Counted from the first letter of the stretch, positions 37,736 to 48,322 are shown. The stretch is 64,000 nucleotides of DNA from an uncultured Lachnospiraceae bacterium (GCA_910588775.1 CAJURH010000009.1:2446-66445), one strand, 5' to 3'. Program-made: numbers and translations. The notes: generated by a model from the sequence alone, not told the origin.

Positions 37736-40700
37736 TTATTGATTGTTCAGCCAGTAATCCATGCGCTCCATCAATTGGGAAATATCCAGTGGCTTTGCCA
37801 AATGTCCATTCATACCGGATTCCCGCGCAGTGGCAACGTCTTCCGCGGACACATTGGCGGATAAAGCGATAATTGGGATTTTTGCCGCATCGGCGCGGGG
37901 AAGCTTGCGGATCGCCCGCGTCGCCTCAAACCCGTTCATCACGGGCATCTGTATATCCATAAGTATCAGATCATAGTATCCTTCGGGCATTTCGGCGAAC
38001 CGCTGCAGGCCCTTGCGTCCGTCTGCGGCGCACTCCACCATGGCGCCCATTTCACCGATAAGTTCCATGGCGATTTCCTGGTTTAGTTCGTTATCTTCCA
38101 GCAGCAGGATTTTGCAACCACGGAAAGAAATATCTGGCGTATCTTCCTGAACTGGATGAGATGAACTGCTGGAGCAATCAGCGGAATTTTGCAGCCGTAA
38201 AATAACCGTCACTGTAAATTTGGAACCCTGTCCAGGCGAACTTTCCACACTGATGGCGCCGCCCATCATGCGCGCGATATTCTGGGCGATGGACATTCCC
38301 AATCCCATGCCGTCCAGGTGACTGACGGCAGGGTTGTCCGCGTGACTGAACGGTTCAAAAATATGCTGCATATATTCCTTTTTCATTCCAACGCCGTTAT
38401 CACAAAATATGAAATCATAAGAACCGCAGCCATGTTCCACCGCTTCATGCTCTTTGATGAATACTTCCAACACTCCGCCGGAGGACGTGTATTTGACGGA
38501 ATTCCCCAGAATGTTCAGAAACATCTGCTGAAGCCGCAGCCGATCGCCCAATATGTTTTCATGCCGGATCTCCATGGGATGGATCTGTAGATGCAGGTTC
38601 TTCGCTTGTACATCGGGAAGGACGGATGCAATCACCTCGTCCATCAGCTCAGGAAGGCTGAATGCCTCGGCTTTCAAATCAAAGCTTCCGGATTTAATCT
38701 GGCTTATGTCCATAATCTCGTTTAACACGTCTAGTAGCTGATGTCCGGACAGGGAGGCTTTTTCCAGGCATTCCTTTACTTTTTCAGGGTCATCCGCATG
38801 ATCTGCCGCAATCTTAACCATACCCATAATGCCATTCATGGGCGTGCGTATATTGTGGCTCATGCAGGACAGAAATTCCTGTTTGGAGGCGTTGGCCTGG
38901 TCTGCGGCTTCACAGGCGGCCTGAAGAGCCTGCTGCTCTCTCATTTCTTTTCGTTTGCTCTCGGTTACGTCCTGCGCGGCGTAGACGATGGATTTGGCTT
39001 TCCCGTCGGCATCCGCCTGGGACATGACGGCTGTGCCGCGAATCCAGCCGTATTCTTCCGGTTTTATATTTGGGTCGTCCGATAATTTACGGTAGGCAAG
39101 CGTCACGTAGGGACGTTTTTTGCTTAAAGTCTGACGTAGATTCTGGATGCTTAATACGTTCAGATACTCTTCCCGGTCATCGGGATGCACAAAGTTTTCA
39201 GCATAAGCCTGTATGCCCGTGGCGTAGTCAACTTTGCCGCCCAAAACTTTCTTCACGTCCGGCAACTGCGTCACATCCCGGAAAGTGTCCCGCACCAGAT
39301 CCGCGTAATAGGTGGCGAAAAACATGCCGCTTAGAGTGCGGATAATATCAACTTGTTCTTGTTCAGCCTTTAGCCGCTTCTCTTCCTCAATTTTCTCCCG
39401 GGTAATGTCACGCCCTAGTATGTTCACCGATATGCGTTTTCCCTTGCGGGCGTAGATGACATGCTGTTCAATCCACTGTAGCGATGTTCCGGCCATGCGG
39501 TATTGGCAGATTTCCTCGAAATAATCCCGTGTGCCTGCCGCTTTCTGATACAGATGTTCCGGACTCATCACATTTCGGAACGCCTCTGCATCGTCTGGAT
39601 GAACGGTAAAGTCCAGCGCTTTCTGGAAATATTGATGGTAATTTCCCGTACGGACTTTCTGCATCCCGCTTTCCTCGTTAATCCACATTCGTTCGCACTG
39701 GCCGTTTTCCAGATAAACGGTGGTCATAACGCTGTACCTGGACTTGAGTATAGCCGCCAGCTGCATGTCCCGAAGACTGAGGGTATGCTCCTGGCGCACC
39801 CGTTTATCCACATTTTGCAAAGCCAGGATTGTATAATTTTTCGTGGCATGATTCTGGCCAAAATAGGCGATGATGGCCATATAGCGGTACTCGTGATCTT
39901 CTTCGCCCCGCCACTGGCATAACATATCGTTTTTCTGCATGGCGGTGTCTTTCATCTGGCGAAGCCCTTCCAGAGAAAACCTATCGTATACTTTATCCCG
40001 GTCTGTGGGATGAAGTTGCTTGAGCAGACGCGATTCCATAATTTCATTCCACTGGATTGTCCAGGATTTCCACCCTGTGTGCGTGTGGCCATTTTCCCGC
40101 ACAAGATTAGCCTCTCCCGTGTCCAGGTCAATGCCGTAAATGCCAAAGTTTTGTTCACCCAATGTGCGGATGACTTCCTGGATGCGAATGCTGGCGTCGT
40201 CTACCGCCAGACTTTCCTGCAATATGTCATGGACATCTTTCACATATAAGAAGACGTACTGATCGCCGTTCGAGGAATCTGCGTCTGGCACCACTTCCAT
40301 CAAATTCCAGCGGTAGTCTTCTCCCACACGTCTTCGATAACAGCAGTTCAGTATATCCCGGCCTTTGCGTAGCTCATGTTTAATATGTTCTAAGCGGGTA
40401 AATGATATAAAGCTGTGCATGTCGTCTGGATGAATGCCGCCGTCATAAATAAACTGCCCCATCCAGCTTGAGAAAGTGTATTTGCCGTATCCAAATGCCC
40501 GGTCTTCCGGTCCCATTTTCACCACATCATAGGAGTCCTGTGTTAAATTGACCCGCAGAATCCGATGATAGGCGTGACCAATGGACTGCATATGCGGCGC
40601 CACTGTAATGATAAAAGCCGGAATCTCTCCTTCCCATTTGGTCCGCACGGCCGAAATGTCTACAATCTCGCCAAAGGGATTGTTGTAGCTGATGGTCTGG

Positions 40701-40909
40701 TTTTCCCATTTGTCTCCAATGTTTAAAATCGGACAGTTGACGCAGGAGTTATTTCCCAGTTCATGGCAGGGCATTCCTTTATAAACATGGGGGGCGATTT
40801 CCCGCACCCGTTCATTGTAGTATAGAATCTTATGATTATCTTCCCGAATAATAAAGACTCCAGTGGTTGGCAATATGCGCAAAATCTTTTCATATTCTCT
40901 AATGTCCAC
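37736..40909 (-). CDS. Cytoplasmic PAS-domain hybrid sensor histidine kinase/response regulator
   Basis: Repeated HPDD PAS folds, H-box SHNIRTPMN, N/G1/F/G2 boxes, receiver ED..MD..KP; no TM segment. GTG start after GAGGGG (alternative ATG 40924). Confidence 0.9.
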   Translation of the reverse strand: MDIREYEKILRILPTTGVFIIREDNHKILYYNERVREIAPHVYKGMPCHELGNNSCVNCPILNIGDKWENQTISYNNPFGEIVDISAVRTKWEGEIPAFIITVAPHMQSIGHAYHRILRVNLTQDSYDVVKMGPEDRAFGYGKYTFSSWMGQFIYDGGIHPDDMHSFISFTRLEHIKHELRKGRDILNCCYRRRVGEDYRWNLMEVVPDADSSNGDQYVFLYVKDVHDILQESLAVDDASIRIQEVIRTLGEQNFGIYGIDLDTGEANLVRENGHTHTGWKSWTIQWNEIMESRLLKQLHPTDRDKVYDRFSLEGLRQMKDTAMQKNDMLCQWRGEEDHEYRYMAIIAYFGQNHATKNYTILALQNVDKRVRQEHTLSLRDMQLAAILKSRYSVMTTVYLENGQCERMWINEESGMQKVRTGNYHQYFQKALDFTVHPDDAEAFRNVMSPEHLYQKAAGTRDYFEEICQYRMAGTSLQWIEQHVIYARKGKRISVNILGRDITREKIEEEKRLKAEQEQVDIIRTLSGMFFATYYADLVRDTFRDVTQLPDVKKVLGGKVDYATGIQAYAENFVHPDDREEYLNVLSIQNLRQTLSKKRPYVTLAYRKLSDDPNIKPEEYGWIRGTAVMSQADADGKAKSIVYAAQDVTESKRKEMREQQALQAACEAADQANASKQEFLSCMSHNIRTPMNGIMGMVKIAADHADDPEKVKECLEKASLSGHQLLDVLNEIMDISQIKSGSFDLKAEAFSLPELMDEVIASVLPDVQAKNLHLQIHPMEIRHENILGDRLRLQQMFLNILGNSVKYTSSGGVLEVFIKEHEAVEHGCGSYDFIFCDNGVGMKKEYMQHIFEPFSHADNPAVSHLDGMGLGMSIAQNIARMMGGAISVESSPGQGSKFTVTVILRLQNSADCSSSSSHPVQEDTPDISFRGCKILLLEDNELNQEIAMELIGEMGAMVECAADGRKGLQRFAEMPEGYYDLILMDIQMPVMNGFEATRAIRKLPRADAAKIPIIALSANVSAEDVATARESGMNGHLAKPLDISQLMERMDYWLNNQ

Positions 40910-40949
40910 AACTATTCCCCTCATTTCTTAGGATTGTACCATTCAAAAT

Positions 40950-42320
40950 CTATTTTACAAACATCCGCACCAGTCCTTCTTTCAGCCGGGTGTATGGCGG
41001 GTACCGGAAAGGCAGATCCATCCATGTATATTTTTTCACAATGCTCTTTTCATGGCTGAATGTGTCAAAACTTTTCTTGCCGTGATAAGCTCCCATGCCG
41101 CTGTTTCCCACACCTCCGAACCCCATGTAAGGAGTGGCCAGATGAATAATCGTGTCGTTTACGCATCCCCCGCCGAAGGACAGTTTCTTCAGAAAACGGT
41201 TCTCGGTCTTCTTATCCTCTGTGAAAATATACAGCGCCAGCGGTTTGGGACGTTTCTGCACAAATGCATAAGCTTCGCCCATGGACGCAACGGTCAAGAT
41301 TGGCAAAATCGGCGCGAAGATCTCTTCTCGCATCACAGCGTCCTCTTCCATCACCCGGTCCAAAACCGTGGGCGCAATTTGCAGCGTGTCCGCGTTGCTC
41401 TGGCCCCCATGGACGACTTTTCGGTTGTCAATGAATCGCAGCGCCCGCTGGAAATGTTTCTGATTGATCATTTTTCCATAGTCTGGGTTAGCCAGCGGAT
41501 TTTCTCCGTACATACGGACGATTTCCTTTTTCACATACTCCAGAAACCTGTTTTTGACCCCCTGTTCAATTAAAACATAATCGGGGGCCACGCAGGTCTG
41601 GCCGCAGTTTAAATATTTTCCGAATACAATTCTTCTGGCAGCAAGTTTTAAGTTGGCTGTGTGATCGATGATGCAGGGGCTTTTCCCGCCCAATTCCAGA
41701 GTCACCGGAGTCAGATGAGCCGCCGCCTTTTCCATCACCAATTTTCCTACGGTTACACCGCCGGTGAAGAAGATATAATCAAATTTTTGCTCCAACAGGC
41801 TCTGGTTCTCTTCTCTGCCGCCTTCCACCACAGCCACATGCCCTTGGGGAAACGCCTCCCGGATTAGTCGGGCCATGACCTGTGATGTGGCTGGGGAGTA
41901 GGCGGATGGCTTTACCACACAGCAGTTGCCCGCCGCCAGCGCCCCGATGAGCGGCTCCAGCGTTAAGAGAACCGGATAATTCCAGGGCGACAGAATTAAC
42001 ACAACGCCGTAGGGTTCCTGGACGGTGAAGCTTTTGCCATGGAACTGGGCCAAAGGCGTTGGCGCCGGGCGGTTTTTGCTCCAGGCGCATATATGTTTTC
42101 GCACGAAATTTAGTTCAGACAGAGTAAGCCCTACTTCACACATATAAGATTCCGCTCTGGATTTGCCCAAGTCTTTGAAAAGAGCTTTGTATAAATCTGG
42201 CTGGTATTTCCGGATTGCCGCCTCCAGACGGTCCAGCGCTTTTATCCGGTGGGAAATCGGAAAAGTTTTTCCCGACAGGAAGAAGGCTCTCTGTTTTTTC
42301 ATCAATTCTTCTATCTGCAT
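40950..42320 (-). CDS. Aldehyde dehydrogenase (ALDH3/YwdH-like)
   Basis: PWNYP, FTGG, LELGGKSP, GQTCVAPDY, EEIF.P. Confidence 0.94.
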   Translation of the reverse strand: MQIEELMKKQRAFFLSGKTFPISHRIKALDRLEAAIRKYQPDLYKALFKDLGKSRAESYMCEVGLTLSELNFVRKHICAWSKNRPAPTPLAQFHGKSFTVQEPYGVVLILSPWNYPVLLTLEPLIGALAAGNCCVVKPSAYSPATSQVMARLIREAFPQGHVAVVEGGREENQSLLEQKFDYIFFTGGVTVGKLVMEKAAAHLTPVTLELGGKSPCIIDHTANLKLAARRIVFGKYLNCGQTCVAPDYVLIEQGVKNRFLEYVKKEIVRMYGENPLANPDYGKMINQKHFQRALRFIDNRKVVHGGQSNADTLQIAPTVLDRVMEEDAVMREEIFAPILPILTVASMGEAYAFVQKRPKPLALYIFTEDKKTENRFLKKLSFGGGCVNDTIIHLATPYMGFGGVGNSGMGAYHGKKSFDTFSHEKSIVKKYTWMDLPFRYPPYTRLKEGLVRMFVK

Positions 42321-42324
42321 GTTG

Positions 42325-43527
42325 TCACTCCCCTTTCAATATAAGATAAATCCGCTCCAACTGCCGACGATTCATCAGAACCGGAACCGGATACAGTGGA
42401 TTTCCCTCTTTGTCCGCATGACGCGCCATAATGGGAATGTCTTTCCTGCGGATTTTTGGGAAATTACGGGGAATCCCCATAGAATCGTTCAATTCCTGTA
42501 TCCATTGGATGAAGCGCTGCGACGCCGCATGGTCTTTGAGCCGCTTATCTACAACGCCGGATTTTCGCGCAAGCCTGGCCAGCTTCTTTTCACAGGCCGG
42601 GCCGTAGAGGCGCAGAACAATGGGAAGGGTCACCGCGTTGGCCAGCCCGTGAGGAATCTTATACTGTCCTCCCAGAGAGTGGGCCACAGCGTGGACGTAC
42701 CCTACGTAAGATTTTGCAAACGCCGCTCCGGCATAATAAGACGCCTGTAACATGGATTTTCGCGCTTTTTTGTTCTGGCCGTCATCGTAGGCGGCTTTCA
42801 GATATCTGCGAATCAGTCGGACGGCCTCCTCCGCCATCTTCCGTGTCTCCCGCGTTGTGCTTCTGCCAATATACGCTTCCACCGCATGGGTCAACGCATC
42901 CATCCCGGTGGTCGCCGTCAGATCCGGCGGCAATCCCAGCGTTTCGTGATAGTCCAGCGCCGCATAACGGGGAATCAGGCTGAAGTCATTAATGGGATAT
43001 TTGTGGCGTTTCTCGCTGTTGGTGATAACCGCCGCCAAGGTAGTCTCGCTGCCGGTCCCCGCCGTGGTGGGCACGGCAATGAGCAGGGGCAGTCTCTTGT
43101 GTATTTTCAATATTCCCCGCATCTGACGGACGCTCTGCCTGGGTTTCACAACCCGCGCCCCCGCCACTTTGGCGCAATCCATCGGTGAACCGCCGCCAAA
43201 GGCAATGATGGCCTGGGCGTTGTGCTGCAAATACATTCTGCGAGCCTCCTCCACGTTCCAGATGGTGGGATTGGCCACCGTGCGGCTGTAAATCCAATAG
43301 GAAATTCCGCTCTCCTCCAGCGCTTTTTCCAGAAAATCCGTAAGTCCCAGGCGCCGGATGCCTTTGTCCGTTACAATCAAAACTCGGTTTATATTGTTCT
43401 CTTTGCATACATCCGCGATGTTGGCCACAGACGGGAGAATCTTTGGTTTCCGATAGGGCAAAAAAGGCAGTGCAGCCTTAAAGACGGCCTGAACGGTTCG
43501 GCAGTAAATTTTTCTCAAAATAAACAT
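42325..43527 (-). CDS. Iron-containing alcohol dehydrogenase
   Basis: GGGSPMD, PTTAGTGSE, DALTHAVE, HA.AH, PHG; RBS GAGGAG. Confidence 0.93.
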   Translation of the reverse strand: MFILRKIYCRTVQAVFKAALPFLPYRKPKILPSVANIADVCKENNINRVLIVTDKGIRRLGLTDFLEKALEESGISYWIYSRTVANPTIWNVEEARRMYLQHNAQAIIAFGGGSPMDCAKVAGARVVKPRQSVRQMRGILKIHKRLPLLIAVPTTAGTGSETTLAAVITNSEKRHKYPINDFSLIPRYAALDYHETLGLPPDLTATTGMDALTHAVEAYIGRSTTRETRKMAEEAVRLIRRYLKAAYDDGQNKKARKSMLQASYYAGAAFAKSYVGYVHAVAHSLGGQYKIPHGLANAVTLPIVLRLYGPACEKKLARLARKSGVVDKRLKDHAASQRFIQWIQELNDSMGIPRNFPKIRRKDIPIMARHADKEGNPLYPVPVLMNRRQLERIYLILKGE

Positions 43528-43567
43528 ATACGCTCTCCTCGCATTTAAAGTGTTCATCCAGTAAAAG

Positions 43568-43604
43568 AAAAACCAGCCGAGATTCATCTATGGGCTGGTT
43601 TTTC
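43568..43604. terminator. Terminator after trpS
   Basis: AAAAACCAGCC...GGCTGGTTTTT. Confidence 0.75.
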
Positions 43605-43622
43605 ACACATGATCATAAAATT

Positions 43623-44624
43623 CTAAATCCGGGCGGGAAATCCTACTTTTTTCTGTACTTTGCGCAAGGTTTTGGATGCGTAATAACTGGCTTTCTCGGC
43701 GTTTTCTTTGATAATGGAATCCACATAAGCCTTGTCTTTCTCCAGCCGGGCAAATTCTTCCTGCAAGGGTTTCAATATGGCCGCCACTGCCTCGCCCACA
43801 GCCATTTTGAATTCTCCATAGCCTTTGCCGTCAAACTCCCGGACTGTATCTTCCGCAGATTTTCCTGTGCACGCGCTGTATATGTCAATGAGATTCTTCA
43901 CGCCGGGCTGCTCGCTCCGATATAGAATCACGCCCTCCGAATCGGTAACAGCCTTTTTGCATTTCCGCATAATTGTATCTGTATCATCCATCAGGTAAAT
44001 GCTTCCGTTGGGGTTCTCATCGGATTTGGACATTTTCTTGGACGGATCTTGCAGACTCATGATCTTAGCCCCGACTTTGCCAATATAAGCTTCTGGAATG
44101 GTGAAAACGTCGCCATAGATGTTGTTGAAACGCTCAGCCACATCCCGGGTCAGTTCCAGATGCTGCATCTGATCCACGCCCACCGGAACCACGTCGGCCT
44201 GGTACAACAGAATGTCCGCAGCCATCAAAACCGGATAAGTAAAAAGTCCGGCGTTGATATTGTCCCCATGTTTGGCGGATTTGTCTTTAAACTGCGTCAT
44301 GCGGTTCAGTTCGCCCATATAAGTAAAGCAGTTTAAGATCCAGCTTAGTTCTGCATGGCCGGATACATGGGACTGGTAATACAGACAGTTTTTCTTCGGG
44401 TCCAGCCCTGCCGCAATATATAGAGTGAGCAGCGCACGGGCTCTTTTTCGCAGCTCGGCCGGGTCCTGGCGAATGGTAATGGAGTGCATATCCACTACAC
44501 TGTAGAAACACTCGTATTCATCGCTTAAGGTCACCCAGTTTTTTAGGGCCCCCAGATAATTTCCCAAAGTCAGGTTTCCGGTGGCCTGCATACCGCTGAA
44601 TAATACTTTTTTTCCATCTATCAT
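43623..44624 (-). CDS. trpS: Tryptophanyl-tRNA synthetase
   Basis: TLGNY.GA, YP.LMAADIL, VPVG.DQ.QH, KMSKS. Confidence 0.97.
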   Translation of the reverse strand: MIDGKKVLFSGMQATGNLTLGNYLGALKNWVTLSDEYECFYSVVDMHSITIRQDPAELRKRARALLTLYIAAGLDPKKNCLYYQSHVSGHAELSWILNCFTYMGELNRMTQFKDKSAKHGDNINAGLFTYPVLMAADILLYQADVVPVGVDQMQHLELTRDVAERFNNIYGDVFTIPEAYIGKVGAKIMSLQDPSKKMSKSDENPNGSIYLMDDTDTIMRKCKKAVTDSEGVILYRSEQPGVKNLIDIYSACTGKSAEDTVREFDGKGYGEFKMAVGEAVAAILKPLQEEFARLEKDKAYVDSIIKENAEKASYYASKTLRKVQKKVGFPARI

Positions 44625-44813
44625 GGGGCTTGTTCTCCTAACACTTCTCTATAATAGTCCATATGATTATAATCGATTTGAAATTTAATACAAATACTAT
44701 AGCATATTTTCTTCGTTTATTCAAGAATCTGACGACACAGTTTTTCTTTCATTTTACTCAGGTATGTGATAAAATAAAGTCACAGCATATAATAAAGAAA
44801 GGGGGCATTCTAC

Positions 44814-44999
44814 ATGAATCCACTGAAACGTTCTCTTATTAACACTGCCGGTTATATTGCCGCGTTTGGAATCGTTTCGCTTTTTCGAACCTTTTCGTAC
44901 AGCATGGCTGAGGCGTGCGCGCTGACGGCCTTTTGCTTTATCTTGAATTACCTGCTTTTTTCGGCCATTGACTATGCCCAAAAAAGCGATAAGAAGTAA
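44814..44999 (+). CDS. Small two-TM hypothetical membrane protein
   Basis: RBS AAGGGGG, two hydrophobic segments, 61 aa. Confidence 0.55.
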   Translation: MNPLKRSLINTAGYIAAFGIVSLFRTFSYSMAEACALTAFCFILNYLLFSAIDYAQKSDKK

Positions 45000-45032
45000 T
45001 TATTTTATTTAAGAAAGGAATGGTGTTTTAAA

Positions 45033-45659
45033 ATGATGAAGACAGGACTGTTCATCGCAGTGGCCGTTGTCGCATTGGGCGTCACCGGGTGTGGTTCCCA
45101 AAAAGATGAAAACGCTCAGTTAAAAAAACAGATTGACCAGTTGGAACAACAGGTTGCGGATTTGCAAAAAGAAAATACATCTGCCGATTCTCAGAATTCA
45201 TCGAGCTTTTCCGAAAATCTACAGCCGGATAATGTCCAGACAGACAACCCTCCATCAGATAATACAACTATAAACAACGCGCCCTCCGAGAATAATGCGT
45301 CCATGACGGATACGCCTGCTGGACCCACACACCATGAAGAACGCGCCTCCTACGACACAGGAACCACAGACGCTTCCGCGCTGGCTGCGCTTATCCAGGA
45401 TCTGGAGCGGCGGATCAATGACACGAAGCCCACTGGATCTGCCCAGGAACAGACGGAACAGTTTTACAATCTGAAAGGCGAAATTGAATTGGCGGAAAAG
45501 GATCTGGATGCGCTGGAGGATGAGATGGACGCCCAGCGCCGGGCCGGCAATCTGTCTTCCACCGATTATCGAGACCGGGAAAAAGAGCTGGACGCGCTGG
45601 ACGATCAGCTGGATTGGTGCGAAGATCAGTTGGAACTTCTCTTTGGAATAGATGGTTGA
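45033..45659 (+). CDS. Hypothetical lipoprotein with coiled coils
   Basis: Lipobox VTGC, heptad-rich helices, S/N/D-rich linker; RBS GAAAGGA. Confidence 0.75.
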   Translation: MMKTGLFIAVAVVALGVTGCGSQKDENAQLKKQIDQLEQQVADLQKENTSADSQNSSSFSENLQPDNVQTDNPPSDNTTINNAPSENNASMTDTPAGPTHHEERASYDTGTTDASALAALIQDLERRINDTKPTGSAQEQTEQFYNLKGEIELAEKDLDALEDEMDAQRRAGNLSSTDYRDREKELDALDDQLDWCEDQLELLFGIDG

Positions 45660-45666
45660 CCATGTA

Positions 45667-45710
45667 CGACGGCACAGGCATACATTTTTGCGTATACCTG
45701 TGCCGTTTTA
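45667..45710. terminator. Hairpin terminator between convergent genes
   Basis: ACGGCACAGG...CCTGTGCCGTTTT. Confidence 0.7.
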
Positions 45711-45714
45711 CCCG

Positions 45715-46452
45715 CTATTCATAGCGAACAATTTCTTTTTTCAGCCGTTTGATGATGCGTTTTTCCAGTCTGGATATGTAAGATTGGGAAATGCCCAGCA
45801 GATCCGCCACTTCTTTTTGCGTTTTTTCTTTCATATCCGGTGCGTACAGACCAAACCGCAGTTTGATGATGGTCTGTTCCCGGTCGTTTAATTTGGAGAT
45901 GGCTTTTCCCAGAAGCGTCTTTTCCACTTCCTGCTCAATATCCCGGTAAATTACGTCTTCGTCTGTGCCCAGTATATCGGATAATAAAAGTTCGTTGCCG
46001 TCCCAATCCACATTCAACGGTTCATCAATGGAAACTTCCATTTTCGTCTTGTTATTTCGTCTCAGATACATGAGGATCTCATTTTCAATGCAGCGGGAAG
46101 CGTAGGTGGCCAACTTGATTTTCTTAATGGGATTGAAGGTGTTGATGGCCTTAATCAGACCGATCGTCCCAATGGAAATCAAATCTTCCACGCCCACGCC
46201 GGTGTTATCGAATTTTTTGGCTATGTAGACCACCAGACGCAGATTGTGCTCGATTAACGTGGATTTGGCTTCCTTTTCCTGCTCAGTCCCCAACTCCTGT
46301 ATAAACGCCGCTTCTTTTTCCGGCTCCAGCGGCGCAGGGAGCACATCGGCGCCGCCAATATAGTAGACCTCTTTGGGCTTATGGAACACCACATTGGAAA
46401 ATCTGGAAATCATCGGCATACAATAGTTATTAGCTGCTGCTTTTACACTCAT
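45715..46452 (-). CDS. sigE: Sporulation sigma factor pro-SigE
   Basis: YIGG.DVLP.PL after a pro-sequence, [41 protein letters not shown]. Confidence 0.97.
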   Translation of the reverse strand: MSVKAAANNYCMPMISRFSNVVFHKPKEVYYIGGADVLPAPLEPEKEAAFIQELGTEQEKEAKSTLIEHNLRLVVYIAKKFDNTGVGVEDLISIGTIGLIKAINTFNPIKKIKLATYASRCIENEILMYLRRNNKTKMEVSIDEPLNVDWDGNELLLSDILGTDEDVIYRDIEQEVEKTLLGKAISKLNDREQTIIKLRFGLYAPDMKEKTQKEVADLLGISQSYISRLEKRIIKRLKKEIVRYE

Positions 46453-46497
46453 ATTTACGCTCCTCCTGTTGAAAAATCTTTCTATTTTGATGACAAA

Positions 46498-47346
46498 TTA
46501 CAGAATCCGCCCATTCAGGATCATCTGGTATCTCCCCCTGGAATGGAAAGACGCGGAGGAAATCGCGATAGCCGGATGGTATACATAGATAATCTGTTCC
46601 CCCCGATAAATACACATTTCCTCCAATGTAATCACTGGAAGTACTCCTTCATGTTCCCCCACACTGCGAAAGACAATAAAATGGGGACGCAGACTCTCCC
46701 ACGACGGGTCATCACACTCCCCCATAGCTTCTTCTATATTTTTTCCTCCGTTTAACGCAGCGGCCGGCAACAGCTTCATCAAAGCCTGTTCCTCCACAAT
46801 AGATACTGGTTTATTGGTAAGGGGGTCCGTCAGCAGGTTCCCCGTATCGTAGAACCCTTTTACAGTCACTGTATTTTCCCGGTTTTTTAACAACACCCGG
46901 CAAATGGCGTCCCCTTTTTGACTCCATTTTCTGTATCCTCTGACGCATACGGCGAAAAATAAATAGCTGACTCCTGTAAAGATCAGAAACGTCCCCAGGG
47001 CCATGCTGTTGCCTGCAGATATTACATCCCAAAAGCCGCCGCATAGAAAGGCCAGTATATATAAAGTTACCGTGGCCCTTGCCAGCATACTTTTTGATTT
47101 TACTTTGCATCCGGTTTTCGCCATCACCGCCGCTGTCAGTATGTGCAGCGCGAAAGCGGCCGGATATGGGTTATCTGTGGGTATGATTAAGATAAGACAG
47201 GATGAGAGGGAGCCGATGACAGCTCCCAGAAGGCTTCTGTACCAGACGGCGCGAATGCCAAAAAGCAGCCCCGTCAATCGGAGTAAAACAAAATCCATTA
47301 AGAGGTTGGTTGCAAAAACAACGTCTATGTAAATTTCCCTATACAA
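46498..47346 (-). CDS. spoIIGA: Sigma-E processing aspartic peptidase SpoIIGA
   Basis: Y.D..F..N..MD, five TM segments, DTGN.L.DP; TTG start after GGAGG. Confidence 0.92.
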   Translation of the reverse strand: MYREIYIDVVFATNLLMDFVLLRLTGLLFGIRAVWYRSLLGAVIGSLSSCLILIIPTDNPYPAAFALHILTAAVMAKTGCKVKSKSMLARATVTLYILAFLCGGFWDVISAGNSMALGTFLIFTGVSYLFFAVCVRGYRKWSQKGDAICRVLLKNRENTVTVKGFYDTGNLLTDPLTNKPVSIVEEQALMKLLPAAALNGGKNIEEAMGECDDPSWESLRPHFIVFRSVGEHEGVLPVITLEEMCIYRGEQIIYVYHPAIAISSASFHSRGRYQMILNGRIL

Positions 47347-47404
47347 GAAAAGCCCTCCATAACCTGTGTTACCTTACCTTTTGTAAGATGCGTTTGTGTA
47401 ACAC

Positions 47405-47438
47405 ATTATAGGTTATGAGGGCAAAAGAATTTGTCAAA
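47405..47438 (-). promoter_or_regulatory. spoIIG-type promoter with over-long spacer and a Spo0A-box-like site
   Basis: TTGACA-21 bp-TATAAT; TGTCAAA (47432-38) is one mismatch from TGNCGAA. Confidence 0.55.
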
Positions 47439-47494
47439 ATGAGGACGTACCTTTTTAGAATTTTTCGGGAGGTTTCGACCTTCTTCTCCATTTT

Positions 47495-48262
47495 TTACAA
47501 AAATTTATGGAAAACCCGAAGCAGTTCCCGCAGTTCTTTTAGGGGCAGCTGGCCGGGCGCGGAGGCGTTTCCCACAGAGGCGAACGTAACTGCGGATCCG
47601 AAGATCTCCCCGCAGAAGCGGCTGGCGCAGCCTAGATCTCCCATGGACATGGTGATAATTGGTTTCGCGCATCCGCCGCGCGCGCTCTCTCCCGTTACGT
47701 CCAAAAGCCGTGCCAGGTCCAGGTAATCCTGGGGCATGACGGCCAATTTCAGAATATCCGCTCCGGCCCGGTCCTCCGCCGCCAGGATTTCCGTCATCTC
47801 TTCTTTGGAAGGCGTTTTCTCAAAATGGTGGCTGGAGCCGATGACGTATTTGCCAGCCTGGTGGATTTTCTGGACGACGCGCTGGCGCAGAGAATCCTTT
47901 AGCTGCAAGATTTCCACATCCATCAGAGACAACGCTTCCATGGCTGCCACCTCTTCCAGAACGCTGGCGTATTCTTCCGGGGAAATCGCAAGGCTTCCCC
48001 CTTCTTTTTTCGTGCGGATGGTGAAAATCAGGGGCGTCGATCCCAAGAGGGAGGTCAACTCTTTGAATGCCTGTTCCACTTCTTTTGGATTTAATATTTT
48101 GTGAAAAAAATCTCCCCGCCACTCTACCAGATCCGGTCCGGCGGCGACGGCTTTTTCAGCTTCGTCCATTAATTTGGAGAGATTCTCCCCTGTGAGCGGC
48201 ACGCAGATACAGGGCGTTCCCTTTCCTATGACAGTATTTTTTATGGTAATGCTTCCAGCCAT
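47495..48262 (-). CDS. aroD: Type I 3-dehydroquinate dehydratase
   Basis: D.VEWR.D, FT.RT..EGG, S.H.F..TP, KLAVMP, SAPGQ. Confidence 0.95.
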   Translation of the reverse strand: MAGSITIKNTVIGKGTPCICVPLTGENLSKLMDEAEKAVAAGPDLVEWRGDFFHKILNPKEVEQAFKELTSLLGSTPLIFTIRTKKEGGSLAISPEEYASVLEEVAAMEALSLMDVEILQLKDSLRQRVVQKIHQAGKYVIGSSHHFEKTPSKEEMTEILAAEDRAGADILKLAVMPQDYLDLARLLDVTGESARGGCAKPIITMSMGDLGCASRFCGEIFGSAVTFASVGNASAPGQLPLKELRELLRVFHKFL

Positions 48263-48322
48263 TTCTTGACATCTCCTGTGAAAATATTTATGATGAATAA
48301 CAAAAAGATTTGGAGGATAAAT

